Made by a program: the position numbers and the translations under genes
Shown here: positions 50,718 through 61,414 of the stretch, in pieces
How the letters are laid out: every line of letters begins with the position of its first letter
Numbering within the stretch: position 1 is the first letter of the stretch
NCBI GenBank assembly: GCA_041746575.1
Contig: JBGTGT010000123.1
Location: forward strand, 32,001-96,000
Reading direction: 5' to 3'
Length of the DNA stretch: 64,000 nucleotides
Source: Microcystaceae cyanobacterium
GTDB lineage: Bacteria > Cyanobacteriota > Cyanobacteriia > Cyanobacteriales > Microcystaceae
Notes under the pieces: model-generated
The model's database searches: none
Seen by the model: only the letters and a program-made list of their open reading frames with translations
What the model was told of the DNA's origin: nothing

Positions 50718-53531
50718 CTATAACCAATTACCCACTAAAACGAAAGGAGCCCAATAAAAAGGATGTTGATATTGAGGCGATCGCAATAAAGACAGTTGCG
50801 CTTGTCTTAAGGCTTCCGCTTTACTCATGTCAGATTGACTCAAATACTGATAGAATTGAGCAATCAAATCTGCCGTCGATTGATCTTGGACTGACCAAAG
50901 AGTGGCTAAGGTACTCTGCGCACCTGAACGAACGGCGGTCCCTGCTAATCCTAATACGGCTCGTTTATCCCCCGTTGCTGTCTGACAAGCACTCAAAATC
51001 AACAATTCAATCGGATTTCTCTGTTGTTTTATCCGTTTTCGGAGCAATTGATCTAAATTTTTGACATTGATTCGTTCATCCCACGTCAGTAAAAACGTTT
51101 CTTCTGCTTGAGAAGAAAATTGACCGTGAGTGGCAAGATGAACCACAGGGAATGAGGTTTCTTCAATTTCTCGTTGCAGACGGTTGCGGGTAAAATCTTC
51201 GTCTAATAAGACTTCGGTAGAAACCACTGCCGAAATTTCTTGTACTTCTGCCTTGACACCGGGTAAGGAAGAGAATCCTTGACGTGCTTGCGCTAATCCC
51301 CCTGCTAGGGTTTTTAAGGGTTTTTCAGAGAGAGAGGACGGACGAAGCAGGTGCAAACCGGGTGCTAAAGCAATGTTATACTTTTCAATTAAGTATTGCT
51401 GACCATCATGAAGCGCGGCCATCGGAATATTGCGTAGAAGGCCATCGAGAACGAATACCAAGGTTTTGATATGATTAGCTTCTAAGGTAGCTTCTAAAGG
51501 GCGAATTAGCCAATTATAAAACTGTTGATGGGGTTCTAGGGGATAAGGACTTGAAATAAAGGGGTTCAAGTTGGCAAATAACTCATCGAAGACAGGTTCA
51601 AGTTGTTCTAATGTCCCATAGCCGGAATTCTGATTAAAAGCGGTTTCATAGTAGCTTAACGGCTTTTGCGGTAAAGACAAAATGATGGCAATTCGTTGGG
51701 GTAAAACAATGGGATAGATTACTGCCGCATCGGGATCGAGTTGATCAACGGCTTGAAATTCCGCTTCTAGGCAGTTTTCTCGAAAGAAGTTGTTTAATTC
51801 AGCAAGTTGCAAAGACTCAATGATATTACGGGCTTCTTTGAGGGTATTTTCGCTGATTTGCCCTGTTGGCTCTAAAAGTTGATCGACCAATTCTCGATAG
51901 ACAGGTTCGACACTATCGCGAAAGTTAAATTGGATGTCTGCATTGCTGGTGACTAAGTCCCCTCGTAATGATTCTAGAATTTCTACGGCTAAGCGATAAG
52001 CAGCGATCGCTTCTTCTTTTTTTCCTAAAGAATAATACAAACGTCCCAGTTGCCATTGCCAGAAATAAGCCAATTCTGGATTTTCAAAGGCAGATATCTG
52101 CTGTAAAGCTAGCACGGTTGACTGTTGCGCCTTTATGGGTTGTCCCATCCCTTGGTAGGTTGCCCCTAGATATCCTAGGGAATTTGCTTGTGCGGCTTTG
52201 TCTCCTAGGGTTTGAGCTTGATTGAGGGCGATGGTGACTTTTTGCTGAATCTTTGTCCAAGTTGGTGGCGTTATTGCCTCAAAATGGGGATTTTCGACTA
52301 TTGGACAAGACTGAAGAATAGGGGTGACAGGTAAGGTTTCATCCGTAGTGAATTGAGAGCGTAGGCACATTAACTGTTGAGCAAATTTGAGTTGTGCGGC
52401 AACGGTTGGATCATTAGGGGGTGAATTTGTTAATTCTGCCTCAATTTTAGCGATTAAAGTCGGTAGTTCTTGGCTTTGTCCTAGTTGCATCCAGAGACTC
52501 AGTAAATTGAGTTGCGCTTGTACTCTCGTGAGGGACGAAGGGGATTGTTCCGCTTGGTGATAACAGGCGATCGCACTTTGATACCATTGACTAAGACTGA
52601 GATCATCCTCGGATAGGGGGCAACTGACAGATTGGGTTAAGTTGATCGGCGTTGGGGATGGAGGAATCGTAATTTTTTGATTGCCTAATATTCGCACGGT
52701 ATTGCCTAAACTGAGGGCAATTTCGGCTAAACTTTCTTTATCTTCATTCCTTTCTGCTAATTCCCAACTTTTTAATAGTACCCGATGGGAGACGTGGGGT
52801 TGCCCCGTTACTCGTAAGACGTTACCAAGACTGCGTAATCCTAGAATTTGTAGAGAAGTGGGCATATTTTCGGGGACTTGTGGCAATTTGTCCCCTTTTA
52901 TTTGACAATCTTCACTCTTAAAGTCCAAAGCATCGAGTAATGTTGTGCAAGCTCTCGGATAAAACCCTAAGGATTGCATGGCTTGTGCTTGATTGATCTG
53001 GCTTTGACGGACTCGATTGGGTTCCCCCATTTCTTGATAAATAGTAGTTGCTTTTTGCCAATTTTCTAAAGCATTTGCAGATTGACCCAAGTTTAAAGCT
53101 AATTTTCCTTTGATTTCTAGAGTTTCTGCTAAGATACGCTGTTTAGTATTGTTTTTTTTGACAGTGTCTAATAGAGCTAAGCTTTGAGCGATCGCTTTTT
53201 TGGCCTCATCCCATTGTCCGAGTTGCTGATGGGTTAAGGACAGATTACTCAGTGCCATGGCTTGATTGAGGGTATCTCCTTGGGTAGCAAATGTCTCGAC
53301 TGCCTGTTGCCAGAGGGGGATTGCCGACTCAAATTGTCTTGTTTGATAGTTTTCTTTTGCTTTTTCAACCCATTGCGCTGTATTTTGCTGATTCTGAACA
53401 GAGGGCATGGAAAGAGAAACCGAAGAAGTAATCAGAGGAAGCGTGAAAGCAACAAAGAAAAGAAAAATAAGCAGAATTGACTTTTTTCTGATAAAACTTC
53501 GTACTCTCTGGTTTTTAAATCCAATTTTCAT
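50718..53531 (-). CDS. TPR + CHAT (caspase/HetF-like) protease
   Basis: Signal/TM segment, TPRs, HLATHG and LSAC catalytic His/Cys, TLATLWSV, HPFYWAPF. Start ATG overlaps the upstream TAA (TAATG). Confidence 0.92.
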   Translation of the reverse strand: MKIGFKNQRVRSFIRKKSILLIFLFFVAFTLPLITSSVSLSMPSVQNQQNTAQWVEKAKENYQTRQFESAIPLWQQAVETFATQGDTLNQAMALSNLSLTHQQLGQWDEAKKAIAQSLALLDTVKKNNTKQRILAETLEIKGKLALNLGQSANALENWQKATTIYQEMGEPNRVRQSQINQAQAMQSLGFYPRACTTLLDALDFKSEDCQIKGDKLPQVPENMPTSLQILGLRSLGNVLRVTGQPHVSHRVLLKSWELAERNEDKESLAEIALSLGNTVRILGNQKITIPPSPTPINLTQSVSCPLSEDDLSLSQWYQSAIACYHQAEQSPSSLTRVQAQLNLLSLWMQLGQSQELPTLIAKIEAELTNSPPNDPTVAAQLKFAQQLMCLRSQFTTDETLPVTPILQSCPIVENPHFEAITPPTWTKIQQKVTIALNQAQTLGDKAAQANSLGYLGATYQGMGQPIKAQQSTVLALQQISAFENPELAYFWQWQLGRLYYSLGKKEEAIAAYRLAVEILESLRGDLVTSNADIQFNFRDSVEPVYRELVDQLLEPTGQISENTLKEARNIIESLQLAELNNFFRENCLEAEFQAVDQLDPDAAVIYPIVLPQRIAIILSLPQKPLSYYETAFNQNSGYGTLEQLEPVFDELFANLNPFISSPYPLEPHQQFYNWLIRPLEATLEANHIKTLVFVLDGLLRNIPMAALHDGQQYLIEKYNIALAPGLHLLRPSSLSEKPLKTLAGGLAQARQGFSSLPGVKAEVQEISAVVSTEVLLDEDFTRNRLQREIEETSFPVVHLATHGQFSSQAEETFLLTWDERINVKNLDQLLRKRIKQQRNPIELLILSACQTATGDKRAVLGLAGTAVRSGAQSTLATLWSVQDQSTADLIAQFYQYLSQSDMSKAEALRQAQLSLLRSPQYQHPFYWAPFVLVGNWL

Positions 53532-56116
53532 TAACGAGTACACCCCTGCTCTGTTTCTCTCAAGCGTTGAACACTGGTCACCGTAGGATCATAAGACACC
53601 AAAACGACTTCCCCTCTCTCGTTAAAAACCCATCCTTGGGTGGCAACAAGGGAATTAGGACTTAAAGCAGTTTTTGTAATCGCTATGCTCTCTTTTTTGC
53701 CAATCTCCTGATTTCTCATGGGTGCAGGTTCAACTAAGCCGATTTCAGTGGCTTCACTGTTGAGATTTTCATTAAGGCTAGGGGTAGGGGGTAAGCCGCC
53801 CCGTCCTGATACGACTAATTCACTTCCTAAGCCGCTTTTACAGGAATTTTGGGCAATTAGTGTCTTGGGATCGACAATGGTTTCGGGCAGTAGCTCTAAG
53901 CCTTGATTGGAGTCTGGTTCTCGGTTAATAAAGATTTCTCCGGCTGAACCTGATTCTGAACTGGCATCAAGATCATTGGTTCGATTGCCGTCAGAAGCTT
54001 TCCGTCCTTGAATCCCAAAAATTCCCTCTGCGTTAATAATAATCCGTCCTCCATCTCCTTGGTTAGCATTAGCTGTAATGTCGCTTCCATTTGCACCCGT
54101 TGGTGGAGAAACAATCAAAAATGGTGTTTTAATTGTGATATTTCCTCCGTTAGCCTCCCCGTTGGCGGTAGCAGAAATGGTGCTTTCGTTGGCTATGGTT
54201 ATTAAATCTGATGCAGTTAGGGTAATATTTGCTCCCTCTTCTCCTTGACTCCTACCTGTTTCGGCGGTAATTAAACCTTGATTAAGGGATAAGGAATTAG
54301 CGTTAATGTCAATGTTTCCGGCTAAACCTTGGCGACTGCTAACAGTGATTTGTGCGCCCTCAGAGAGGTTTAATTGTCCTGTAGTAAGGTTTAAATTCCC
54401 TGCTGTCCCACCTTCTTGGGTTGCTTTTACGGATAATTCTCCATTATTGCTCAATTGTACCGCTTCATGTGCGTTAATCGTTAAGTTTCCTGCCCTTCCT
54501 GTTTGAGTCGAAGCAGATAGGGTAGCTCCCTGTTGAATGGTTAATAGAGGAGTATTGATGGTCAAGTTTCCAGCCGAGGTACTTTGACTGGTCGCTAAAA
54601 CAGTGCTGTTTAACCCACTCAGGATAACTGACTCAGAAGCATTAATATTCAAGTTTCCTGCTTGTCCTGTACTTCTATCAAGAGCGGAAACGGATATACT
54701 CCCTCCGTCTTGGATACTCAGGCGACCTGTGTTGATGGCGATACTTCCTCCATTCCCTGAGGCTTCTCCTATTGTTTGAGCAAACAAACTACTCCGTATT
54801 ATTTTATTTTCTGATCTCCCTTGACCGCTAATCTCTACTGATTCCGTTGCTTCTACCGTAATCGTACCTGCATTGCCAGCACTAGAAGTCGAACTTGATA
54901 GCTGGCCTCCATTACGCAAAATAAGGCGACCCGTTTTAAGGGTTAAATCCCCTGCATTCCCATTGGCGAACGTTTGAGTACTTAATTGGTTAAAGCCTCC
55001 CCCAGCGTCCACCTCTACAGATTCAGTTGCATTGATAATTAAGTTTCCGCCTCGTCCCTCCTCATTTTCTGCAGTTGTCCTTATAAACGATGAGTCATCT
55101 CGGACAACTAACTGTTTGGCTTCAATAATAATATCAGCCGCTGACCCACTATTAGATGTTGCTGTTACATCACTATCTCCTTCGACTGTTATCATTTCGG
55201 AAGCGTTTAGAGTAATTGTTCCACCTACATCCGTTCCTTGATTAAATCTTGTGATTTGGGATTTGTCCATTAATAAAATGTTTCTACCCCGTAAGCTAAT
55301 ACTTCCGAGACCTTCCGTCGGTTCTAAAATACCTATACCTATACCTGCCTCCCGTGAAAGTTGAATATCTTGGAATGCCTCTACACTGTCGTAACTGAAT
55401 GTCCAAGTAGTAGTTTGAGGGATTAGACTAACAAAAGCAGGAGAAGCTACGCTACCGATCTCAATGCTTCCTCCCAGAGTCGTAATTTTGCCTCCTTCTA
55501 AAAATACGCCACTCCCAATAAGTGCTAGGGTTCTACTGGGTGGAACTGCGAGTCCAGATGAATTTGTATCATTCACGACGGAGCGATTGACGATACTGCC
55601 CGAATTCCCCCTAAATTGCAGACCAATCGGAATGCTAGTGGTTAGCAAGGGGGACGGCGACAAATCTCTAGCACTGAAAACCTTTCCATCCGCAAAATGA
55701 ATCTCACTAGCAGTACTGGCAATAAATGAGCCACCAATCTTTAATTGGGCATTATTCCCAAAAACGATGCCGCTCGGATTTAGTAAAAAAAGGTTCGCTG
55801 GATGATTTGCTCGAATTACTCCCTCAATATTAGATAAAGATCCCCCTGTGACTCGACTAAAGATATTTTGGATGGTATTGGCATTGTTAAAGAAAGCTTC
55901 TCCACCTGAGGGAATGGAGAACTCACGGAAGCTATGAAAAAGATTTCCTCCTTCTTGCCGACCCCCTACAATCGTAAATTGAGATTGATCGGGGGTGGTG
56001 ATCTCAGTCGATAATGTCCCGTCCCCACTGATTTGTGCCAAGCCGAGGGGCGTTATTATTAAATTACCTAAACTAAAAACACTGACAAGGGAAAGGAAAT
56101 TTATCAATTTTTTCAT
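53531..56116 (-). CDS. TpsA exoprotein with filamentous-haemagglutinin N-terminal (TPS) domain
   Basis: Signal peptide, NLFHSFREF, SRVTGG, LLNPSGIVFG, GNAG-I-I beta-helix repeats, C-terminal GRGGLP...QGW. Confidence 0.92.
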   Translation of the reverse strand: MKKLINFLSLVSVFSLGNLIITPLGLAQISGDGTLSTEITTPDQSQFTIVGGRQEGGNLFHSFREFSIPSGGEAFFNNANTIQNIFSRVTGGSLSNIEGVIRANHPANLFLLNPSGIVFGNNAQLKIGGSFIASTASEIHFADGKVFSARDLSPSPLLTTSIPIGLQFRGNSGSIVNRSVVNDTNSSGLAVPPSRTLALIGSGVFLEGGKITTLGGSIEIGSVASPAFVSLIPQTTTWTFSYDSVEAFQDIQLSREAGIGIGILEPTEGLGSISLRGRNILLMDKSQITRFNQGTDVGGTITLNASEMITVEGDSDVTATSNSGSAADIIIEAKQLVVRDDSSFIRTTAENEEGRGGNLIINATESVEVDAGGGFNQLSTQTFANGNAGDLTLKTGRLILRNGGQLSSSTSSAGNAGTITVEATESVEISGQGRSENKIIRSSLFAQTIGEASGNGGSIAINTGRLSIQDGGSISVSALDRSTGQAGNLNINASESVILSGLNSTVLATSQSTSAGNLTINTPLLTIQQGATLSASTQTGRAGNLTINAHEAVQLSNNGELSVKATQEGGTAGNLNLTTGQLNLSEGAQITVSSRQGLAGNIDINANSLSLNQGLITAETGRSQGEEGANITLTASDLITIANESTISATANGEANGGNITIKTPFLIVSPPTGANGSDITANANQGDGGRIIINAEGIFGIQGRKASDGNRTNDLDASSESGSAGEIFINREPDSNQGLELLPETIVDPKTLIAQNSCKSGLGSELVVSGRGGLPPTPSLNENLNSEATEIGLVEPAPMRNQEIGKKESIAITKTALSPNSLVATQGWVFNERGEVVLVSYDPTVTSVQRLRETEQGCTR

Positions 56117-56162
56117 AGCGATCCTTTTTTATGACGCTTGCTCTCATCTTAACTTTTCCGTT

Positions 56163-56624
56163 CTATCCCGGATTACAGGTGACACATCTTCGCCAAGGAC
56201 CAAACCCAGCCCACTCCCCAATTCGTCCGAAACGAGACGTACATTCTCCGCATGCTAAACCAACCCGAGAAGTTAGCCCTTCTATTGCCTTTTCTCCGGC
56301 GCCGGCTTGCTTCCATAAGCGATCAGCTTTACTCAGTTCACCTTTTTGTTTTTTAATGTCTCCTAGACGCGTTTTAGCCACAATCAAAACGTCAACGTCT
56401 TTATTGTTTAGAACTTCTTCGATGGCTTTGTTAAAGAAAAACTCTGCATCATTGGTGTTCCCTGCTTCACTGGCTGCTATTCCGTCTTCTAACGCTTTCA
56501 AAGCTTCGCTATCGCGGGGCGTCTGAGCTGATGCAACTACAGGCGACATTACTAATACGGTTAAGCTGAGCATCAATGCTAGGACAAGGGAGCAGAGCAT
56601 TGTCAAGGGAGACCGTCTTTTCAT
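56163..56624 (-). CDS. Small secreted helical/TPR-like protein with Cys-rich C-terminal tail
   Basis: Signal peptide (ASA), TPR-like helix pair, tail CGEC...CVTC. Confidence 0.7.
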   Translation of the reverse strand: MKRRSPLTMLCSLVLALMLSLTVLVMSPVVASAQTPRDSEALKALEDGIAASEAGNTNDAEFFFNKAIEEVLNNKDVDVLIVAKTRLGDIKKQKGELSKADRLWKQAGAGEKAIEGLTSRVGLACGECTSRFGRIGEWAGFGPWRRCVTCNPG

Positions 56625-56725
56625 AAGTCAAATTTCCTTTTTTAAAAACAACTGAGATAAGACATCAGAATTCTAGAGAATGATTCCCGTGAATTTTCGA
56701 CTTTTTTAACAAAAATTCATATCTC

Positions 56726-57091
56726 TTAGCGGAGTTCAATATCTGAGCGATCACGAACAACGGATTCAACTTCTGGCAAAGCGGCAATCTTTTCTGCGAC
56801 CATTGGCGTACCTAACAAAGCGACAAGGGGAAAGGCTGTTGGCTCTCCTATCGCCAAAACCTGATCTTCTAACCCCTCCTGTTGAAGCCATTGTTGGAGT
56901 TTTTGTTGAAAAGCTTGGTTATAAGCGATTCCACTTTCATAGATAGCCCCCCGTCCTTGAACAGATTTTGAGCTTTCATTTTCTGGTTTTAGCCGAATAA
57001 TGTAAGGGTGTACGTCTGGAGGTAACTTTGAATAATCGCCGAGTAAAGGCTGAATGTTGGATGAAACATCTTGATCGGGTGGAATTTCCAT
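56726..57091 (-). CDS. Hypothetical protein resembling a subtilisin propeptide/I9 inhibitor
   Basis: YIIRLK ... LPEVESVVRD pattern; ATG 13 nt after the subtilase stop. Confidence 0.55.
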   Translation of the reverse strand: MEIPPDQDVSSNIQPLLGDYSKLPPDVHPYIIRLKPENESSKSVQGRGAIYESGIAYNQAFQQKLQQWLQQEGLEDQVLAIGEPTAFPLVALLGTPMVAEKIAALPEVESVVRDRSDIELR

Positions 57092-57104
57092 AGAAAAACA
57101 ATAA

Positions 57105-58484
57105 CTAAGAACAGGTAGGAACAAATCTAGCTAATCCAGCACCGACTCGTGCGGCGGGTTGATCATTAAGCTTAAGGGTATTGTTGAGGAGTTTTGCTCT
57201 AACGTCTTCTGGGGTTAATGAAGGCTCTTGACAGAAATATAAAGCCGCAATTCCCGTAACATAAGGGGCTGCCATACTGGTGCCACTTAAATTTTTATAG
57301 AGAGAGGAACCCTCGTAATCTCTTTCGTAGCTAGAATATATATTCACGCCATAGCCTACTAAATCCGGCTTACTGACGTTTCCGTCTTCATCTGCTTGTC
57401 CACTACCCGACAAGTCAAAGATTTGATGATTGAAATCCACAGCACCGATCCCCAAAATTTCCTTAAAACCCGCAGGAAATCTTAAATTGTCTTGGCCTTC
57501 ATTGCCGATTGCCGCAATGGGCAATATATTTGCTTTAATTAGCATTTGCAGAATTTTCCGCATGGTCTTGAGGCGTCCTTTGAACTCAGCGTCGGATTCG
57601 ATATCCGTCGCCAATGAGCGGCTAAAACCAAGGGACATATTGAGAACGGCGGGAAGATTTTCATTTTCGGGGCGACTGAAATGAGACAAGAGCCACTCCA
57701 ATCCAGCCGCAACTCGAATAAGGTCAGTGCGAGAACTGCCGCTTTCGATCACTGACGCAACGTATAATTTGGACTCAGGTGCTATCCCTACCCGATTACC
57801 GCCAACAATACCGCAAACGTGTGTACCATGACCGTCAGGATCAAACCCTCGTACATCACGAGGCGGCCATTTGAAATCTTGGGGAAAGAGAGAGACGTAG
57901 CGATAGGTTACAGGACGACTAAATTCTTGATGATCGGCGTCTATTCCACTATCGAGAACCCCCACGAGAACATCTTGTCCTCTGATGTTTTGCTCGTGTG
58001 CTTCTGCTACCCCGCTAGTAATGCGCCATTCCTCCTCCTTAGCGCAACGGTATCCCCGAGCGTCATCATGAGTGATTGGCTGGGTTAAAAATAAGGGAAA
58101 ATTAGGGAGAAATAAATAATCGCTATCTAGATCGCTTTTGGCATCGTTTTCTTCCTTCTCATCACAAAAATAGGCGGCAGTCACTCCCAGGGCATTGAGA
58201 CTAGAAAATATTCCTTTTGAACAGGAAGATGCGTCTTCCGTTTGTAGCTTTTGAATATTCTCAAGACCCAGTTTTTGTAACTTATTGGGGACAGAAAACT
58301 CAGCATCTGGGTCATCTCTTCTCCATTCTAGCGGCTGCTGAGTTCCTCGACTACGTTGCATGATGGATCGAGAAGAAGTTGTATTCGAGTCAGCTTGACA
58401 AGTATGCTTGGGAACAACAAGATAGGCGTTGGCAAACTCTTGTTCTAAAGAATTAAGCGTTCTCTTCATCGAGGATTGAGGCAT
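57105..58484 (-). CDS. S8 subtilisin-like serine protease, no evident signal peptide
   Basis: VGVLDSG (Asp), HGTHVCG (His), AAIGN, SGTSMAAP (Ser). Confidence 0.93.
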   Translation of the reverse strand: MPQSSMKRTLNSLEQEFANAYLVVPKHTCQADSNTTSSRSIMQRSRGTQQPLEWRRDDPDAEFSVPNKLQKLGLENIQKLQTEDASSCSKGIFSSLNALGVTAAYFCDEKEENDAKSDLDSDYLFLPNFPLFLTQPITHDDARGYRCAKEEEWRITSGVAEAHEQNIRGQDVLVGVLDSGIDADHQEFSRPVTYRYVSLFPQDFKWPPRDVRGFDPDGHGTHVCGIVGGNRVGIAPESKLYVASVIESGSSRTDLIRVAAGLEWLLSHFSRPENENLPAVLNMSLGFSRSLATDIESDAEFKGRLKTMRKILQMLIKANILPIAAIGNEGQDNLRFPAGFKEILGIGAVDFNHQIFDLSGSGQADEDGNVSKPDLVGYGVNIYSSYERDYEGSSLYKNLSGTSMAAPYVTGIAALYFCQEPSLTPEDVRAKLLNNTLKLNDQPAARVGAGLARFVPTCS

Positions 58485-58662
58485 AGGAATAATGGGCTAA
58501 AGTTTAATGAGTAATAAGTTAGGGATACAACATAGATTGATTTTTTCCTTAAATTGTCTGCTTATCGTAACTCACTTTTATTTGAGCCTTTGACGCACTG
58601 TAATATTTATTTAATATTCAACGCACTAAGCAAACATAAATAGCTACTCATCGTTATTTTTT

Positions 58663-60405
58663 CTAAAAAAAGCGATAATTAATCGTAAAATAAAGCCCTT
58701 GCTCCTGTAAGGTCTGATCACTCGATTCAACATCAATTAAGGGAATTCCCCAATCAAAACGCGCTGTAAAATTGTCCCCCATCTGCCACTGTAGCCCCAG
58801 TCCTATGCCTAGCAACGTATTTGGTACAGGAGTTAAGAGGGGATTACCCGTATCATTCCAAGCTACCCCAAAATCGATAAAAGGAGCAACTTGTAGAATG
58901 CCATTCACTTCATCAACCCGAAGAATTGGCAAACGCACTTCTGCTGAGGCGAAAACCCCATTATCCGTTAATAATAGATCCTGTCGATAGCCTCGCACCG
59001 TATATAAACCCCCCAAAGTAAATTGCTCCAACGGAACAAGGGGTTGAGTCGTAAACTGTAAGGAAGAACGGAGAAGAAGCAAAGTATCGGGTGCCAGCGA
59101 TCGCACATACTGTCCTTGCCCTTGCCATTCAAAAAAGCGGCTATCGGGGGGATTATTATTTGTCGTTGCATCAAAGATATCTAAGCCAAAACTAAACTGA
59201 GAACGAAGAATAAAGATATCCTGAGAGCCTCGCTGAGTCCACTCTTGAAAAAAGCGTAGGGCTGAAATCCTTGTTTTCCCTTGATCATTTGCGCCAGGTG
59301 AAAGAGGGAAACCTATGCCTAAGAGCCGAGTTTGACTCGCTGAATAGGAGGCGGTGATTCCCAAGGCCAATTCTTGGGTCGGAGTTTGCCAAATCGGTTG
59401 GCGAAAGCTTAGATCAAGATAAAGGGAATCCCCTTCAATATCTAAACGGTCAAAAGGGGCTTCAATCACCTGACTCGCCGTCCCTTGCGCTGTCAATTGC
59501 ACTGTGCCATTGTAAGCATTAACAGGGATTGTGTAACTGCCATAAATGGCGTTACTGCCCTCCGTATTGGCGTATTCTATCCTCAAGCCGTCGCCAATAC
59601 CGAATAAATTGCCTTGATTGAGGTCAATTCCCCGCTCAAAACTGCCAATACTGGGTACTCGGCTATTATCCAGAAAAACATTCAGATAAAAAGAATCAGC
59701 TTCTTGGACTTTAACCGACAGAATACTCAATTCAGGGCGGCTTCCTGCTGACAAATCGGCGGAAATCGTTTCAATAAGGGGATCTAATTGTAAGAGTTGT
59801 AGGGCTTCTAAGAGGCGATTTTGATTGAGGGGTGGGGCGGTGGCAATGGCTAACCGCTTGCGAACATAATCGGGGTTCAATCGTCCTTCAACCGTCACGT
59901 TGATGTCTTCAATGCCTCCTTCAATCACTTGCATTTTAACCACGGCGCGCTCAGGGGTAAAAACCTGTCCGGCGGGAATAAGCGCACCCGAATTGATATA
60001 TCCTGCGTTGACATAGTGTTGGGTAATCGCCGCCTCCGCTTGTAGTAATTGAGCAAAAGTGATGGGTTTATCGGTAAAAGGGGCGGTCACTTCCCTTAAT
60101 TCTTGATCGCTAAACGCCGTATTGCCCTCAAATTCAAAGCGAATAATGGTAATATTTTGGGGCAAGTTGGGTTGATTTTGAGGAGAGGGAAGGGGTGTCG
60201 GAGGGATATCTAAGGAAGGAGCAGGAGGCGTCTGGGGAATCGGAATCGGTTCTGGCGATCTAGGGGGCAAAATAAAGGGACTCAGCGGCGGTTGGGAGCG
60301 AGGAGGAGTCGGATTTTGCGCATTTGCTCTCTCTTGAGAAAAAACAACGAATCCCTTTAATATCAATAAAACTAATAAATTTGCACTTAAACAGCGAAAA
60401 TACAC
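58663..60405 (-). CDS. TpsB (ShlB/FhaC/HecB) outer-membrane transporter
   Basis: Pro-rich linker, POTRA (FEGNTAFS, YVNAGY), VRGY motif, FIDFG, C-terminal Phe. Confidence 0.93.
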   Translation of the reverse strand: MYFRCLSANLLVLLILKGFVVFSQERANAQNPTPPRSQPPLSPFILPPRSPEPIPIPQTPPAPSLDIPPTPLPSPQNQPNLPQNITIIRFEFEGNTAFSDQELREVTAPFTDKPITFAQLLQAEAAITQHYVNAGYINSGALIPAGQVFTPERAVVKMQVIEGGIEDINVTVEGRLNPDYVRKRLAIATAPPLNQNRLLEALQLLQLDPLIETISADLSAGSRPELSILSVKVQEADSFYLNVFLDNSRVPSIGSFERGIDLNQGNLFGIGDGLRIEYANTEGSNAIYGSYTIPVNAYNGTVQLTAQGTASQVIEAPFDRLDIEGDSLYLDLSFRQPIWQTPTQELALGITASYSASQTRLLGIGFPLSPGANDQGKTRISALRFFQEWTQRGSQDIFILRSQFSFGLDIFDATTNNNPPDSRFFEWQGQGQYVRSLAPDTLLLLRSSLQFTTQPLVPLEQFTLGGLYTVRGYRQDLLLTDNGVFASAEVRLPILRVDEVNGILQVAPFIDFGVAWNDTGNPLLTPVPNTLLGIGLGLQWQMGDNFTARFDWGIPLIDVESSDQTLQEQGLYFTINYRFF

Positions 60406-60671
60406 AGTTTACTTTTGATTTCTAACGTTGCTTAACTTTTATTTGAGAATAACATAGACTTCTTGAATCTTAAAAAAAATTTGACATCATCCAAAAGTTC
60501 GGCTACCACTGAAATAAAACATCCTTTTCTACAGTTGTTTTGTTTGCAACTTGACGGAGGCAGGACTTCGCCTTTTATAATTCCTCTTTTCATTTTTATC
60601 GTCCATTTAAACCCCTGTTGAGTTAATCTAAAAACTTTAGAAAATCCCTATTTTTGCCATAAATAAGTAAA

Positions 60672-61400
60672 ATGCTCAATAAACAGCTTATTCTTTATCC
60701 AATCCTTCTAGGGCTATTGGTTCTGGAGACGACTCCCACTGTCGCCCAATCTCATCCTCCAGCATCTGATCCAACCCCTCGCATTTTGACTAGAGTCTTA
60801 TTTAAGCCACCCCCAGAGGACAAAAAACCGCATCAAACTAGAGCGGCAGGTTCTCGTAATGAAGGACGTTGTCCTCAAGATAGAGATTCTTCATCAACAC
60901 CTCTGACTCCCCTCGTTCCTTCCGCTTCCTTTGGCTTAACAACAACAGAACGCCCCACTTTATGGTTAATGATACCCAAAACAACTGCTAGACAGGTGGT
61001 GTTAAGCATTCGAGAAGAAGGCATCCAATATCACTCCAAAACCCTGATTCCGATTACGGGTGAGTCTGGCGTTATTGGTTTACAACCCTCCGCAGATGCG
61101 CCTCCTTTAGCGACCGGCAAAACCTATCAATGGGGGGTAGTATTGGTCTGTGGAAAAACCCCGACGCCGAATGATCCCTCCTTTGCGGTTTGGGTAAAAC
61201 GGGTGGCTATTGGCAATCCCCCTCAGCACGGCTCAACTTTGGAACAAGCCGCTTGGTATGGTAATCAGGGGATTTGGTACGATGCTTTAACCCATCTCGT
61301 GAAAGCCAGTCAATCTCAGCCGAATGATCCCGAATTAAAAGATATTTGGCATAATTTTCTTCAATCCGGAGGAATATTATCGAACGCTGATGAAGAGTAA
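60672..61400 (+). CDS. DUF928 protein
   Basis: Signal peptide, AGSR...C, GLTTTERPTLW, GIWYDAL. Confidence 0.88.
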   Translation: MLNKQLILYPILLGLLVLETTPTVAQSHPPASDPTPRILTRVLFKPPPEDKKPHQTRAAGSRNEGRCPQDRDSSSTPLTPLVPSASFGLTTTERPTLWLMIPKTTARQVVLSIREEGIQYHSKTLIPITGESGVIGLQPSADAPPLATGKTYQWGVVLVCGKTPTPNDPSFAVWVKRVAIGNPPQHGSTLEQAAWYGNQGIWYDALTHLVKASQSQPNDPELKDIWHNFLQSGGILSNADEE

Positions 61401-61414
61401 AAAGTCTTATAATC

